This document shows, one piece after another, positions 16,196 through 23,438 of a stretch of 31,129 nucleotides of DNA. The notes under the pieces were generated by a model that saw nothing but the letters and a program-made list of their open reading frames with translations, searched no databases and was not told where the DNA came from. A program made the position numbers and the translations under genes. Numbering within the stretch: the stretch's first letter is position 1; the number at the start of each line of letters is the position of its first letter. Source of the DNA: a virus (Duplodnaviria > Caudoviricetes); IMG/VR virus record IMGVR_UViG_3300030330_001768, positions 1 through 31,129 of that record; one strand, 5' to 3'.

Positions 16196-17173
16196 CTATG
16201 TGCCTCCCCGGTTAACGCGCAGTGCCGGGGAGGTTTTTTCGTACTCCAGTATTGACTGCCCGATCAACTGGGGGATCTGGGGTACGACCGCGTTGCCTAA
16301 GCATCTAAGTCGGTGTGCCCGGTTGGGAACCCCATTAGCCACTCGACCCACGTTGGGTTCAACGCGCCACTGGTTGAACTCACTGACTGCGACAACATTA
16401 CCTGCTTCCCCTTCTCTATCCTTCGTTTCACTGCTCCGCTCGACAAGTTCCCCCTGTCCCGGTTGTCGCTGACACAAGGTGTCGGCCAGAAGACTACCTC
16501 CCTCAACTGTGCCCTGGGGTGTCCCGGACTCTTTCGTTTTGATGCAGCACAATGCTCGTCCGTTGTCCGTGGTGTTGGCCACATCTTTACTGGCATCCCC
16601 ATTGCCACTTCCGCCGTCAATGGTGGGGAATCTCGTCTGAATTCCGCTGGATAACCACCCTCTTTCGCGTTGTGTGCTGTTGGGGTACGCCACAATCCAG
16701 ATTCTGTCCCGGCGGTGAGGCGCACCAACACTGGCAGCCGTGATGCAATGCCACTCTGCGTCGTACCCGATCTCGGCCAAGTCACCAAGCACTCGATCCA
16801 GTCCTCGCCTAAGCAGGGCTGACACGTTCTCCATGATTGCGTATCGAGGTCGTATTTCCCCAACAAGTCGTGCAATTTCACTCCACAACCCTGATCGTTC
16901 TCCATCGATTCCGGCTCCTTTGCCTTCTACTGATATGTCCTGACAGGGAAAGCCGCCCGTAATTACGTCCGGGCGTATCCCGTCTGCCTCCAAGGTTTCG
17001 CATGTCAATTTGGTTACGTCTGGGTAGATCGGAACGTACGGCCAGTTCTTCTTCAGAACCTTCTGGGGGTACTCCTCAATCTCACAGAACGCTACGGTTT
17101 CAAATCCACCAGTCCGCTCCATCCCAAGGGTGAAGCCGCCGATACCTGCAAATAAGTCCAATACCTTAAACAT
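16196..17173 (-). CDS. dcm: DNA cytosine-5 methyltransferase, catalytic (alpha) chain
   Basis: Motifs I FAGIGG, IV GFPCQ, VI ENV, VIII RDRIWIVA, X LGNAVVP; motif IX not recognisable in this frame. Confidence 0.93.
   Translation of the reverse strand: MFKVLDLFAGIGGFTLGMERTGGFETVAFCEIEEYPQKVLKKNWPYVPIYPDVTKLTCETLEADGIRPDVITGGFPCQDISVEGKGAGIDGERSGLWSEIARLVGEIRPRYAIMENVSALLRRGLDRVLGDLAEIGYDAEWHCITAASVGAPHRRDRIWIVAYPNSTQRERGWLSSGIQTRFPTIDGGSGNGDASKDVANTTDNGRALCCIKTKESGTPQGTVEGGSLLADTLCQRQPGQGELVERSSETKDREGEAGNVVAVSEFNQWRVEPNVGRVANGVPNRAHRLRCLGNAVVPQIPQLIGQSILEYEKTSPALRVNRGGT
16203..16239 (+). terminator. Rho-independent terminator for 15932..16174
   Basis: CCTCCCCGG...CCGGGGAGG-TTTTTT, embedded in the 3' end of the convergent methyltransferase gene. 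Confidence 0.8.
16297..16905 (-). CDS. Nested +1-frame methyltransferase partner (beta) chain with WxTP modules and motif IX
   Basis: 202-aa ORF wholly inside dcm; three WxTP...LxxxV repeats; ends LNPTWVEWLMGFP.GHT (motif IX-like). Start uncertain. Confidence 0.7.
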   Translation of the reverse strand: MENDQGCGVKLHDLLGKYDLDTQSWRTCQPCLGEDWIECLVTWPRSGTTQSGIASRLPVLVRLTAGTESGLWRTPTAHNAKEGGYPAEFRRDSPPLTAEVAMGMPVKMWPTPRTTDEHCAASKRKSPGHPRAQLREVVFWPTPCVSDNRDRGNLSSGAVKRRIEKGKQVMLSQSVSSTSGALNPTWVEWLMGFPTGHTDLDA

Positions 17174-17486
17174 CGAATTGCCTCCCGATGTTGTCTATTT
17201 CTGGGGGGTTGCTGACACTGGACCAGTGAACCAGCCACTCCCCGTTGCCTTCCGTCATTGGTGGCATGGTCGCAATGACCTTGCCTCGTGTGATCCAGTC
17301 GTGTACCTGAGCCTCAGTAACTCTGATTACTTTCGCAGCATCCTCAACCGTGAACCATTCCGTTTCTTGAAACCAACTCGCATTGGTCTTCGTTCCCGAA
17401 GAATCGAGAATACTTCCAGGCTCAATACTATTAGGGTGATAACCCCGCTTGCGAGTACGAAAGTTGTTTCGGTACTTGTCATCCAT
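17166..17486 (-). CDS. Excisionase/MerR-type HTH protein
   Basis: 'TVEDAAKVIRVTEAQVHDWITRGKV'; start set at ATG 17486 (AAGGA upstream). Confidence 0.65.
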   Translation of the reverse strand: MDDKYRNNFRTRKRGYHPNSIEPGSILDSSGTKTNASWFQETEWFTVEDAAKVIRVTEAQVHDWITRGKVIATMPPMTEGNGEWLVHWSSVSNPPEIDNIGRQFDV

Positions 17487-17661
17487 GACATTCCTTAATT
17501 GCGTACTTACCACATTCACTTATCTTGTAACCAAGATCATCTGCCATCTGCGGAGTCATGCAGGGACAGTCATAGGCGTGCGTGTCACAACGAGGACACC
17601 ACCAATCTTCACACAACTCGCATCGGTCCCACTCTTCGTAGTCGTAGATGCGGACCTTCAT
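17479..17661 (-). CDS. Small Cys-rich putative zinc-binding protein (60 aa)
   Basis: CxxC-x4-CxxC-xxH-xxx-CxC; ATGA-coupled at 17661. Confidence 0.6.
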   Translation of the reverse strand: MKVRIYDYEEWDRCELCEDWWCPRCDTHAYDCPCMTPQMADDLGYKISECGKYAIKECHG

Positions 17662-18266
17662 CCCTGATCCCTCAGTTGATTTCGGAACGACCCCCACCTG
17701 AACGGGATAAACGCTCCAGTTTCTCTGGCACGATCTACGATGCTTGGACCCAGCGTGTCAACCGCTTCCTCCGGTGTTTCGTTGGTGATGAGAATCGTTG
17801 AGAAGTCACGCGAGTAGCGTGAGTCAATGATCTCAGTCATCCGGTGAGACTCCCACTCGCTTCGCTTGCTCTCATGGATCTCATCAATCACCAGGAGTTC
17901 AATAGGTTCCTCGCGGTTCTTTCCGCAGAGTCTGTCCATCTCGCGGTCGTAGTTCAGGCTGGAGTCATCGTCGAACGTGGACCTGAGCTTCCGGTACATG
18001 TCACTCGCTGTGTAATACTTGCACGCGACCTCATCCAAACAGCGGTGGGCAATTATTGAGACCGCCATCTGAGTCTTTCCGCATCCGCGTCCCCCGGTAA
18101 AGATCAGTAGCTTTCCGGTACTGCGAATCTGCTTCAGGAGTCGGTCGTGGAGGATCGTCCAGTCCTTGCTGAGTGAGTCGGTCGTAATCCCCTTGACCTT
18201 GTCCGCTTGCCGTTTCGGGACGTTCGATCTTCTCCAAAGTCCTAGTTGCGTCGTTGTCGCTGCCAT
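17658..18266 (-). CDS. DnaC/IstB-like AAA+ helicase loader
   Basis: GGRGCGKT Walker A, LLVIDE Walker B, 'IIDSRY', 'TILITN', 'DR'; GGAGG RBS at ATG 18266. Confidence 0.88.
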   Translation of the reverse strand: MAATTTQLGLWRRSNVPKRQADKVKGITTDSLSKDWTILHDRLLKQIRSTGKLLIFTGGRGCGKTQMAVSIIAHRCLDEVACKYYTASDMYRKLRSTFDDDSSLNYDREMDRLCGKNREEPIELLVIDEIHESKRSEWESHRMTEIIDSRYSRDFSTILITNETPEEAVDTLGPSIVDRARETGAFIPFRWGSFRNQLRDQG

Positions 18267-18558
18267 CGGTTGCCTCCAGTGGTGCAGTGTTAGGTAAGAC
18301 GTAGACCATCGCAAGTGATCCGGTTCGGGTTGGCCGCCGCAACCCACTCTTGAGGAGCAGGCCGCGACGGCTAGCGTGTGAGATCGTTGCAGAGCAGGAC
18401 TGGTGCGACATTCCGGTAGCTATCTCTACCTCGTCACATGTCATCCCGCCCTTGGAGTCGAGCAACGCTCGTACCACACGGCGAAGGTTCTTGTTTCTCT
18501 TGGGCAGGTGTTCGATCCAAGCCCACCACGATTCTGGTTGATAGTCAATACTCATCAT
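18031..18558 (-). CDS. Winged-helix DNA-binding protein with a tail overlapping the loader gene
   Basis: 'GMTCDEVE...GMSHQS.SA.......G...SG.RR.TR.G..A.VY'; AAGGAGG RBS. Confidence 0.65.
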   Translation of the reverse strand: MMSIDYQPESWWAWIEHLPKRNKNLRRVVRALLDSKGGMTCDEVEIATGMSHQSCSATISHASRRGLLLKSGLRRPTRTGSLAMVYVLPNTAPLEATDGSDNDATRTLEKIERPETASGQGQGDYDRLTQQGLDDPPRPTPEADSQYRKATDLYRGTRMRKDSDGGLNNCPPLFG

Positions 18559-18570
18559 TGCCTCCTTACG

Positions 18571-18609
18571 ATTCCTCACGTTTGCTCACGTTTGCTCACG
18601 ATTCCCACG
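18571..18609. repeat. 10-bp tandem repeat (WTTSCTCACG x3 plus one degenerate copy)
   Basis: attcctcacg tttgctcacg tttgctcacg attcccacg at the initiator stop codon. Confidence 0.8.
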
Positions 18610-19441
18610 CATCCCACTCTTCTTGGAATGCCGGAACATCATCAGGCTGCGGGCCATCCCCAAGGTGATCTGGTTCAGTCTCGACATTGTCGGGAATTTC
18701 TCCATTGATCCTCCACCGATCCAGTAGGGTTGTCAGATACCGCTTCCCAGACTCCGCTGTCGTGTATTCCACACCTGAATCAGCAGCATGTCTCAGGAGA
18801 GCCGTACAGACGATCTGAGGGCAGTTCTCCCCCACAGGTGACTCGGTAGCCATCTGAACCATAGAATCGATTAGACGGGCTTCTAGGATGCCAGGAGCAG
18901 AACCCTTCCAGTTGGTCATCAAATCGACCATCTCCTTCACGATCTTCCGGGATCTGGCTTTGGTCTGATTATTTGCCTCGTCTTCTAGATCAGGAGAAGG
19001 TCTAATCTCATCTCCTCTCTTCTCTTCTAGGATGGAGTTTCCTTGGAGTACCTGTGGAGTTTCCTTGGATTCCTCATGGATATCCTCTGGAGTCGGGGTG
19101 GAGTCTGTCATGGCCTGCATCCAACCCAGATTCGTTACACGGTTTATGCACGCTCGCACCAGATGGTCACGACCAGGCACGCCGATCAGGACCGCGATCT
19201 CCGTGACCGACATGGGTTCACCGCTCAGGGTCACGAACCGGCCTCCCCGCTTGGGGTGACGCATCGCCCACTGCTGGAGGAGGCACCAGATCCCGAACAG
19301 GGCTGGGCCATCCTCAGCAGTCAGAAGCAGTGAAGCCTCCGGGGATAGTTGGCATTTCTGCCTGAACCACCTTGGGTGCTTGACCCTGCCCCGCTTGACA
19401 TCTGGAGCTAGTAAGTCATCAAATCCGACGATCTGGATCAT
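18596..19441 (-). CDS. Replication initiator, lambda O / replisome-organiser-like (281 aa)
   Basis: N-terminal wHTH-like region, low-complexity linker holding iterons, lies upstream of the DnaC-like gene. Confidence 0.7.
   Translation of the reverse strand: MIQIVGFDDLLAPDVKRGRVKHPRWFRQKCQLSPEASLLLTAEDGPALFGIWCLLQQWAMRHPKRGGRFVTLSGEPMSVTEIAVLIGVPGRDHLVRACINRVTNLGWMQAMTDSTPTPEDIHEESKETPQVLQGNSILEEKRGDEIRPSPDLEDEANNQTKARSRKIVKEMVDLMTNWKGSAPGILEARLIDSMVQMATESPVGENCPQIVCTALLRHAADSGVEYTTAESGKRYLTTLLDRWRINGEIPDNVETEPDHLGDGPQPDDVPAFQEEWDAWES
19001..19109. repeat. Probable replication origin: seven 11-bp iterons plus a strand-asymmetric tract
   Basis: TGGA at 19033, 19044, 19055, 19066, 19077, 19088, 19099 (exact 11-bp period); adjacent tctaatctcatctcctctcttctcttct tract. 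Confidence 0.75.
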
Positions 19442-19629
19442 GAGTCACCCTCCTGTGCCTGTATCTGCAACTCATACTCGCGGACATCATCAGGTCGCCA
19501 GCGAAGAGTCCCGCCGCCTACCTTGAGCGGCTTCGGAAACGCGCCTCTTGAGATCCAATTCCGAATAGTCTTGCGATCCACCTGATAACGATCAGTCAAG
19601 TCATTCATTGTCAATAGTTGATCCGACAT
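19438..19629 (-). CDS. AlpA/excisionase-like HTH protein (63 aa)
   Basis: 'LLT..DL..RY.V.RKTI.NW...G.FPKP.K.G...RW...DV'. Confidence 0.85.
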   Translation of the reverse strand: MSDQLLTMNDLTDRYQVDRKTIRNWISRGAFPKPLKVGGGTLRWRPDDVREYELQIQAQEGDS

Positions 19630-19640
19630 GGTTACCTCGA

Positions 19641-19967
19641 TCAGAAGGGGATGTCACCGCTCTTGAGCGGTTTGGGTTCCGATGGCGTGGCCTTGGCTGT
19701 ACCAGCACCACACTCTTCCATCACTTCGTCCAGAAGCTCGTTGCTCTCTTCGACTTGCTCCTCCGTGGTCTGAACCTGGACCTCACCCCTGAGCCTGGGC
19801 TGCTTGCCCTCATCGTCTTTTTGGTTCGGCCACAAGGCTACACGCATCTCCGCATCGCAGCAGGGGCAGGTGGCCTTACCGGTCAACGGTGGAGCCTTAG
19901 CGTTGCTGCTGCTGTTTCGCCAGAGGGCAATTTGTCGCTTCCCTTCTTCTTGCTTGTAATCACTCAC
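19641..19967 (-). CDS. Putative ssDNA-binding protein (108 aa)
   Basis: Follows the annealase; 'LW.N.....P..TG...VALW...P.L.G' plus acidic tail ending DIPF. Confidence 0.6.
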   Translation of the reverse strand: MSDYKQEEGKRQIALWRNSSSNAKAPPLTGKATCPCCDAEMRVALWPNQKDDEGKQPRLRGEVQVQTTEEQVEESNELLDEVMEECGAGTAKATPSEPKPLKSGDIPF

Positions 19968-20698
19968 TTTGAATTCCTTCCAGTTTGAATCATGATGTCA
20001 ATCGCTTCGTCCACCTGCTCGTCGGTCATCTCGTCGATGTTCTCGACTCCGAAGTGGTCACACATTCCCTTGCTGACGTTTTTCCCGGTTCGTGCTTCGT
20101 AGTCTGCACACCACTGCTTGAGCTTGTCATAGTTGTCTTCGTACACTTTCGGTGACTCCTCAATCACTTCAACTTCGTTGCTCGCGTCCTGTGGGATCTC
20201 AGTCTCACCGTGCTGCTCGACGTACACTGGAGCCATGCCCAACGCACCAGGACAGTGCATCTTGTAGCCAGCCGAAATTGCTCTGGCGAACAGCATGGCC
20301 TTGGGATACTTCCGCCAGTTGTCGCCGCCAAGGCCAGCACGCTTCGCGTCCTCGACACTGAACACGCTTTCTCCGACCAGTTCCCACTTGTCGTTGAACA
20401 ACTCGTAGAACTCAATCACGCACTCAGTATTCGTGTGAGTTGTGATCTTGTAGTTGTATCGACCACTGTTCTTGATCGCCGCCGCCATCGAATTCGCAGA
20501 CAGATTGACCTTGCCCTTAATGATGTGGAAGCCAGCCATCGAGTCATAGTCGCTCATGCCAAGGCTGCGACCGACGATCAACTTGGTTGCGACCTCCGCC
20601 GCCGACCTCGCGTCAGGGAACATCCCCGATGCCGCGAAGATTTCTGCAACGTCTCGCACTGGTAACTGTTGTTGATTGTAGGTGACAATATCACTCAT
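19964..20698 (-). CDS. recT: RecT/Red-beta-like single-strand annealing protein (~244 aa)
   Basis: 'G..LG.......HIIKGK','FS.EDAKRAGL...NW.KYP.AML.ARA.S'; paired with the exonuclease; GGAGG RBS at ATG 20698. Confidence 0.75.
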   Translation of the reverse strand: MSDIVTYNQQQLPVRDVAEIFAASGMFPDARSAAEVATKLIVGRSLGMSDYDSMAGFHIIKGKVNLSANSMAAAIKNSGRYNYKITTHTNTECVIEFYELFNDKWELVGESVFSVEDAKRAGLGGDNWRKYPKAMLFARAISAGYKMHCPGALGMAPVYVEQHGETEIPQDASNEVEVIEESPKVYEDNYDKLKQWCADYEARTGKNVSKGMCDHFGVENIDEMTDEQVDEAIDIMIQTGRNSK

Positions 20699-21515
20699 CG
20701 TTTGCCTCCGATTCATTGTCGAGTTTCCACGGGGGAAGTCGAAGTGTCTTAACGCCGACACCATACCCCTCGTAATTTGGTTTGGTTGTTTCGTTGTTGC
20801 AGGATTCAGCATATAACTGCAATCCCTTGCGGGCCATGCGTCTCCCCTGCTCCATTGAGTCATCGTCCAGTTCGTACACGCCGACCAAGTTCGGGGCAGA
20901 CTTCTCCACCGCGACGAAGTAGAACGGAAGCCGGTGGCCCGTGTGCTGCTCCACGATCATCTGGTAGTACGCTGCCTGAATGTGATACCCGTACTTGGAG
21001 ATCGACCGTGCGAAGTTCTCCGGGTCTGCGTCGGTCGTGGTCTTGATGTCAACAATCTCATCACCAGTCAGGATGTCACACCTGCACTTGGTTGACACGT
21101 TCGTTGCGTTGTCGTGACCAAACACGCTGACCTCACGCTCATCGGGAGACGAGTCTCTCAGGAACCTGCCTGCGGTCGGGTGCTGCGTCACACTTTCCCG
21201 CGACATGACACAGGTGAAATAATCAGTCTTGTTCAGAAGAACCTTCTTCGGATTCGCTTGTTGGAAACCAGTCCACGCCTTGCTTCCTTTCCGTGCATCC
21301 ACCATCGCGTAGTCCCGTTGGAATCTCACTGGCTCCAGGATCGCGGTGTGAATCGCTTCGCCTATCGTCAGGGCTTTCGACTCCATTGGTGCGGTCTTCC
21401 GGTACTCCGCTAGTTGGACACTTGATAGGAGATTTCGCAACATTGTCGAACTCAGAAAGTCCGCTTGATGATACAGGTGTGTTGGCATCCCCACTTGAAT
21501 TTCTGTTGGTGCCAT
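20691..21515 (-). CDS. recE: RecE/exonuclease VIII-like PD-(D/E)XK nuclease (DUF3799-like)
   Basis: 'YH...LSST','G.AIHTAILEP','E.SVF','KCRCD','DIKTT','YGYHIQAAYY','F.FVAVEK'; GGAGG RBS at ATG 21515. Confidence 0.88.
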   Translation of the reverse strand: MAPTEIQVGMPTHLYHQADFLSSTMLRNLLSSVQLAEYRKTAPMESKALTIGEAIHTAILEPVRFQRDYAMVDARKGSKAWTGFQQANPKKVLLNKTDYFTCVMSRESVTQHPTAGRFLRDSSPDEREVSVFGHDNATNVSTKCRCDILTGDEIVDIKTTTDADPENFARSISKYGYHIQAAYYQMIVEQHTGHRLPFYFVAVEKSAPNLVGVYELDDDSMEQGRRMARKGLQLYAESCNNETTKPNYEGYGVGVKTLRLPPWKLDNESEANDE

Positions 21516-21747
21516 CTTCAATCGCCTCCATCGCTTTCTTGAAGTCATCGTAATGAGCGAACCCGATGACCTCGTTGTTGTTGTCTCGTAATTCAAACGC
21601 CATCGCGTCGTTCATCGTCGCCATCGAATCCAACTGGTTGACCAGCCTTCTCAATACATCCGCTAGTTGTCGCGGCGTGTTCACATCAAACGCGATGGTG
21701 TCCGCTTCGATGTGAATGTCCATGACCCTGGTGAGAATCTTACTCAT
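21223..21747 (-). CDS. Hypothetical protein with a long tail overlapping recE
   Basis: ATGA-coupled, GAGGA RBS; first ~80 aa look folded, the rest low-complexity. Confidence 0.55.
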   Translation of the reverse strand: MSKILTRVMDIHIEADTIAFDVNTPRQLADVLRRLVNQLDSMATMNDAMAFELRDNNNEVIGFAHYDDFKKAMEAIEDGTNRNSSGDANTPVSSSGLSEFDNVAKSPIKCPTSGVPEDRTNGVESPDDRRSDSHRDPGASEIPTGLRDGGCTERKQGVDWFPTSESEEGSSEQD

Positions 21748-21842
21748 CGGTATTTCCTCGCTAGTGAGTTACGTACTGCGTTGATCGTGCAACACAACAA
21801 TGCAATGCTTACAAAGGCTGCGGTCGCTGTGAGAAACATCAT
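21744..21842 (-). CDS. Small hydrophobic peptide (32 aa, MMFLTATAAFVSIALLCCTINAVRNSLARKYR)
   Basis: Not in the track; GGAGGTG RBS; ends in ATGA overlap with the next gene. Confidence 0.65.
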   Translation of the reverse strand: MMFLTATAAFVSIALLCCTINAVRNSLARKYR

Positions 21843-21853
21843 GCTTCACCTCC

Positions 21854-22186
21854 TCAATTCATGTGTTCGATTGCGTACTGTTCAAGATCGTCGGTAATCA
21901 TCGAAACCAGTTCAATGAACTCAACGTAACGCTCAGAAGATCCGTCGCTGTCCTCAACCCGGTGGATCACTTCTTGGACCTCGTTGCCCTGTGCATCGGT
22001 CAGGGTCGCGGTGAACGCCAGAGAGATAATCTCCGCGTCGTACCACTCGACAACTATCGGAAACTCAGCGTTCGCGGACTGAATTCTTACGACCGCGTCG
22101 AACTCGATTTCGTTGAACCGCCAGTGGCTTCCGTGTTCATCAGGCTTGCACTGGATTTCGCTAATGGTGTGAAACTGTGATTTCAT
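21854..22186 (-). CDS. Hypothetical early protein (110 aa, acidic)
   Basis: GGAGG RBS, ATGA coupling. Confidence 0.7.
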   Translation of the reverse strand: MKSQFHTISEIQCKPDEHGSHWRFNEIEFDAVVRIQSANAEFPIVVEWYDAEIISLAFTATLTDAQGNEVQEVIHRVEDSDGSSERYVEFIELVSMITDDLEQYAIEHMN

Positions 22187-22476
22187 TTCGTTGCCTCCGG
22201 TGATGTCAATTCGTCACCTCGTGGTGGGTTTGGAACGTGCCACAGAACGTGATACTTCTTGGAAAGTCTTCCTGATGGACTTGGCTTGTACCATCGGCAG
22301 TCTGGTGTAATCAACATGATGATCGGTACGCCTCCAGCCGTGCAATCTTTTGGAATGCCTCCCTTAGCCCGTATCAGTGCGGCAGACTTACTGTATTGCT
22401 TCTCACTGATGACCTCAACAGTTCCAGGCAATGCTTGAACATCAGAGTAGTGTTTGAATACTTGTGTCTTACTCAC
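22183..22476 (-). CDS. Hypothetical early protein (97 aa)
   Basis: GGAGGTG RBS, GTGA coupling. Confidence 0.7.
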   Translation of the reverse strand: MSKTQVFKHYSDVQALPGTVEVISEKQYSKSAALIRAKGGIPKDCTAGGVPIIMLITPDCRWYKPSPSGRLSKKYHVLWHVPNPPRGDELTSPEATK

Positions 22477-22823
22477 GCTTCACCTCCATTGGCTGGTTTA
22501 CTTACATTGTGCCCAAAGTATTCGATGCGAAGTTGTCCCTGTCTAGGTCGGACTCGTTCGTGAATTCGACCGAAGATGCGATCACACTCGCTGACTGCTT
22601 CAATGACAGTTCCCAACCTGTGATGTTCTTTAATCCGAAATTCTTTGACAACGTAACTCCGGTAACGGTCGCCGACAAACAAGTGAATCGGAATGTCGTT
22701 GTGATGGCCGTGGGAAAACACTTGCTCTCGAAGCCAGAACGTCACTCCAACAATCTTGCCATCTTCAACCCCAATGTTGTCATCTATCAATTTGTTGCCA
22801 GTTTGTAACTCGCCGAAGTTCAC
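22473..22823 (-). CDS. Hypothetical early protein (116 aa)
   Basis: GAGGTG RBS, GTGA coupling. Confidence 0.7.
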   Translation of the reverse strand: MNFGELQTGNKLIDDNIGVEDGKIVGVTFWLREQVFSHGHHNDIPIHLFVGDRYRSYVVKEFRIKEHHRLGTVIEAVSECDRIFGRIHERVRPRQGQLRIEYFGHNVSKPANGGEA

Positions 22824-23077
22824 GCTTCACCTCGCTTGTATTCGTTGAGAACGGTTTCTTCATTACCGCAGTACCGATACAGTGTTGCTTCCTTGCAGTC
22901 TTCTTCGTCAGTGGCTTGCTCAAACGCTTCCAAGCACTCTCGCTTCGTTCCTTCAGTTGTGATCGTTCCGTACTCGTACCGTGCTTCAGTTTCAAACTTG
23001 GCTCGCTTCTTCGCTACTCGCTTCCGGCTTGGAGCCGGGAGGAGCTTTGCAAAGATTGTGTAGTCAGCGTCACGCAT
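22820..23077 (-). CDS. Hypothetical first early protein (85 aa)
   Basis: AAGGAGG RBS directly downstream of the promoter. Confidence 0.75.
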   Translation of the reverse strand: MRDADYTIFAKLLPAPSRKRVAKKRAKFETEARYEYGTITTEGTKRECLEAFEQATDEEDCKEATLYRYCGNEETVLNEYKRGEA

Positions 23078-23120
23078 GGTTGCCTCCTTGTCGTGGCCGG
23101 TTCATTCCTGCCACACAAGT

Positions 23121-23186
23121 AATATACCAGAACACATGGGTAATGTGTGGTAATTAGGCGAATATCTGGGAAATTTATGGTAATTA
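23121..23186 (-). promoter_or_regulatory. Early extended -10 promoter with two upstream 20-bp operator-like repeats
   Basis: TG-G-TATATT (23129-23121); TGGGWAATKTRTGGTAATTA at 23137-23156 and 23167-23186 (17/20 identical). Confidence 0.65.
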
Positions 23187-23438
23187 ATGTAAATCTAGGT
23201 ATTGGACTGATTTACAGATACCCTTGGGGAGCTTCAGGACACCACTCGTGTCTGGACCCCATGTTGAAGCAAGGCAAATCTTGTCATCGTCTTCGTGAAT
23301 CACGAACCCAACACTGAACAGGGAAGTGAACTCCACCTTCGCGTCTCGCTTCGCTTCTCGTCGTGATACCCACGCAGGACTTGTGCAGTCCTCGATGTCG
23401 ATCCACTCGACCACTGCAATCCGGTGCGTGTGCTTCAT
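23184..23438 (-). CDS. Conserved small phage protein (84 aa)
   Basis: 'V.W.D.....W...SVG....E......LAS......LP.G' pattern; ATGA-coupled. Confidence 0.7.
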   Translation of the reverse strand: MKHTHRIAVVEWIDIEDCTSPAWVSRREAKRDAKVEFTSLFSVGFVIHEDDDKICLASTWGPDTSGVLKLPKGICKSVQYLDLH

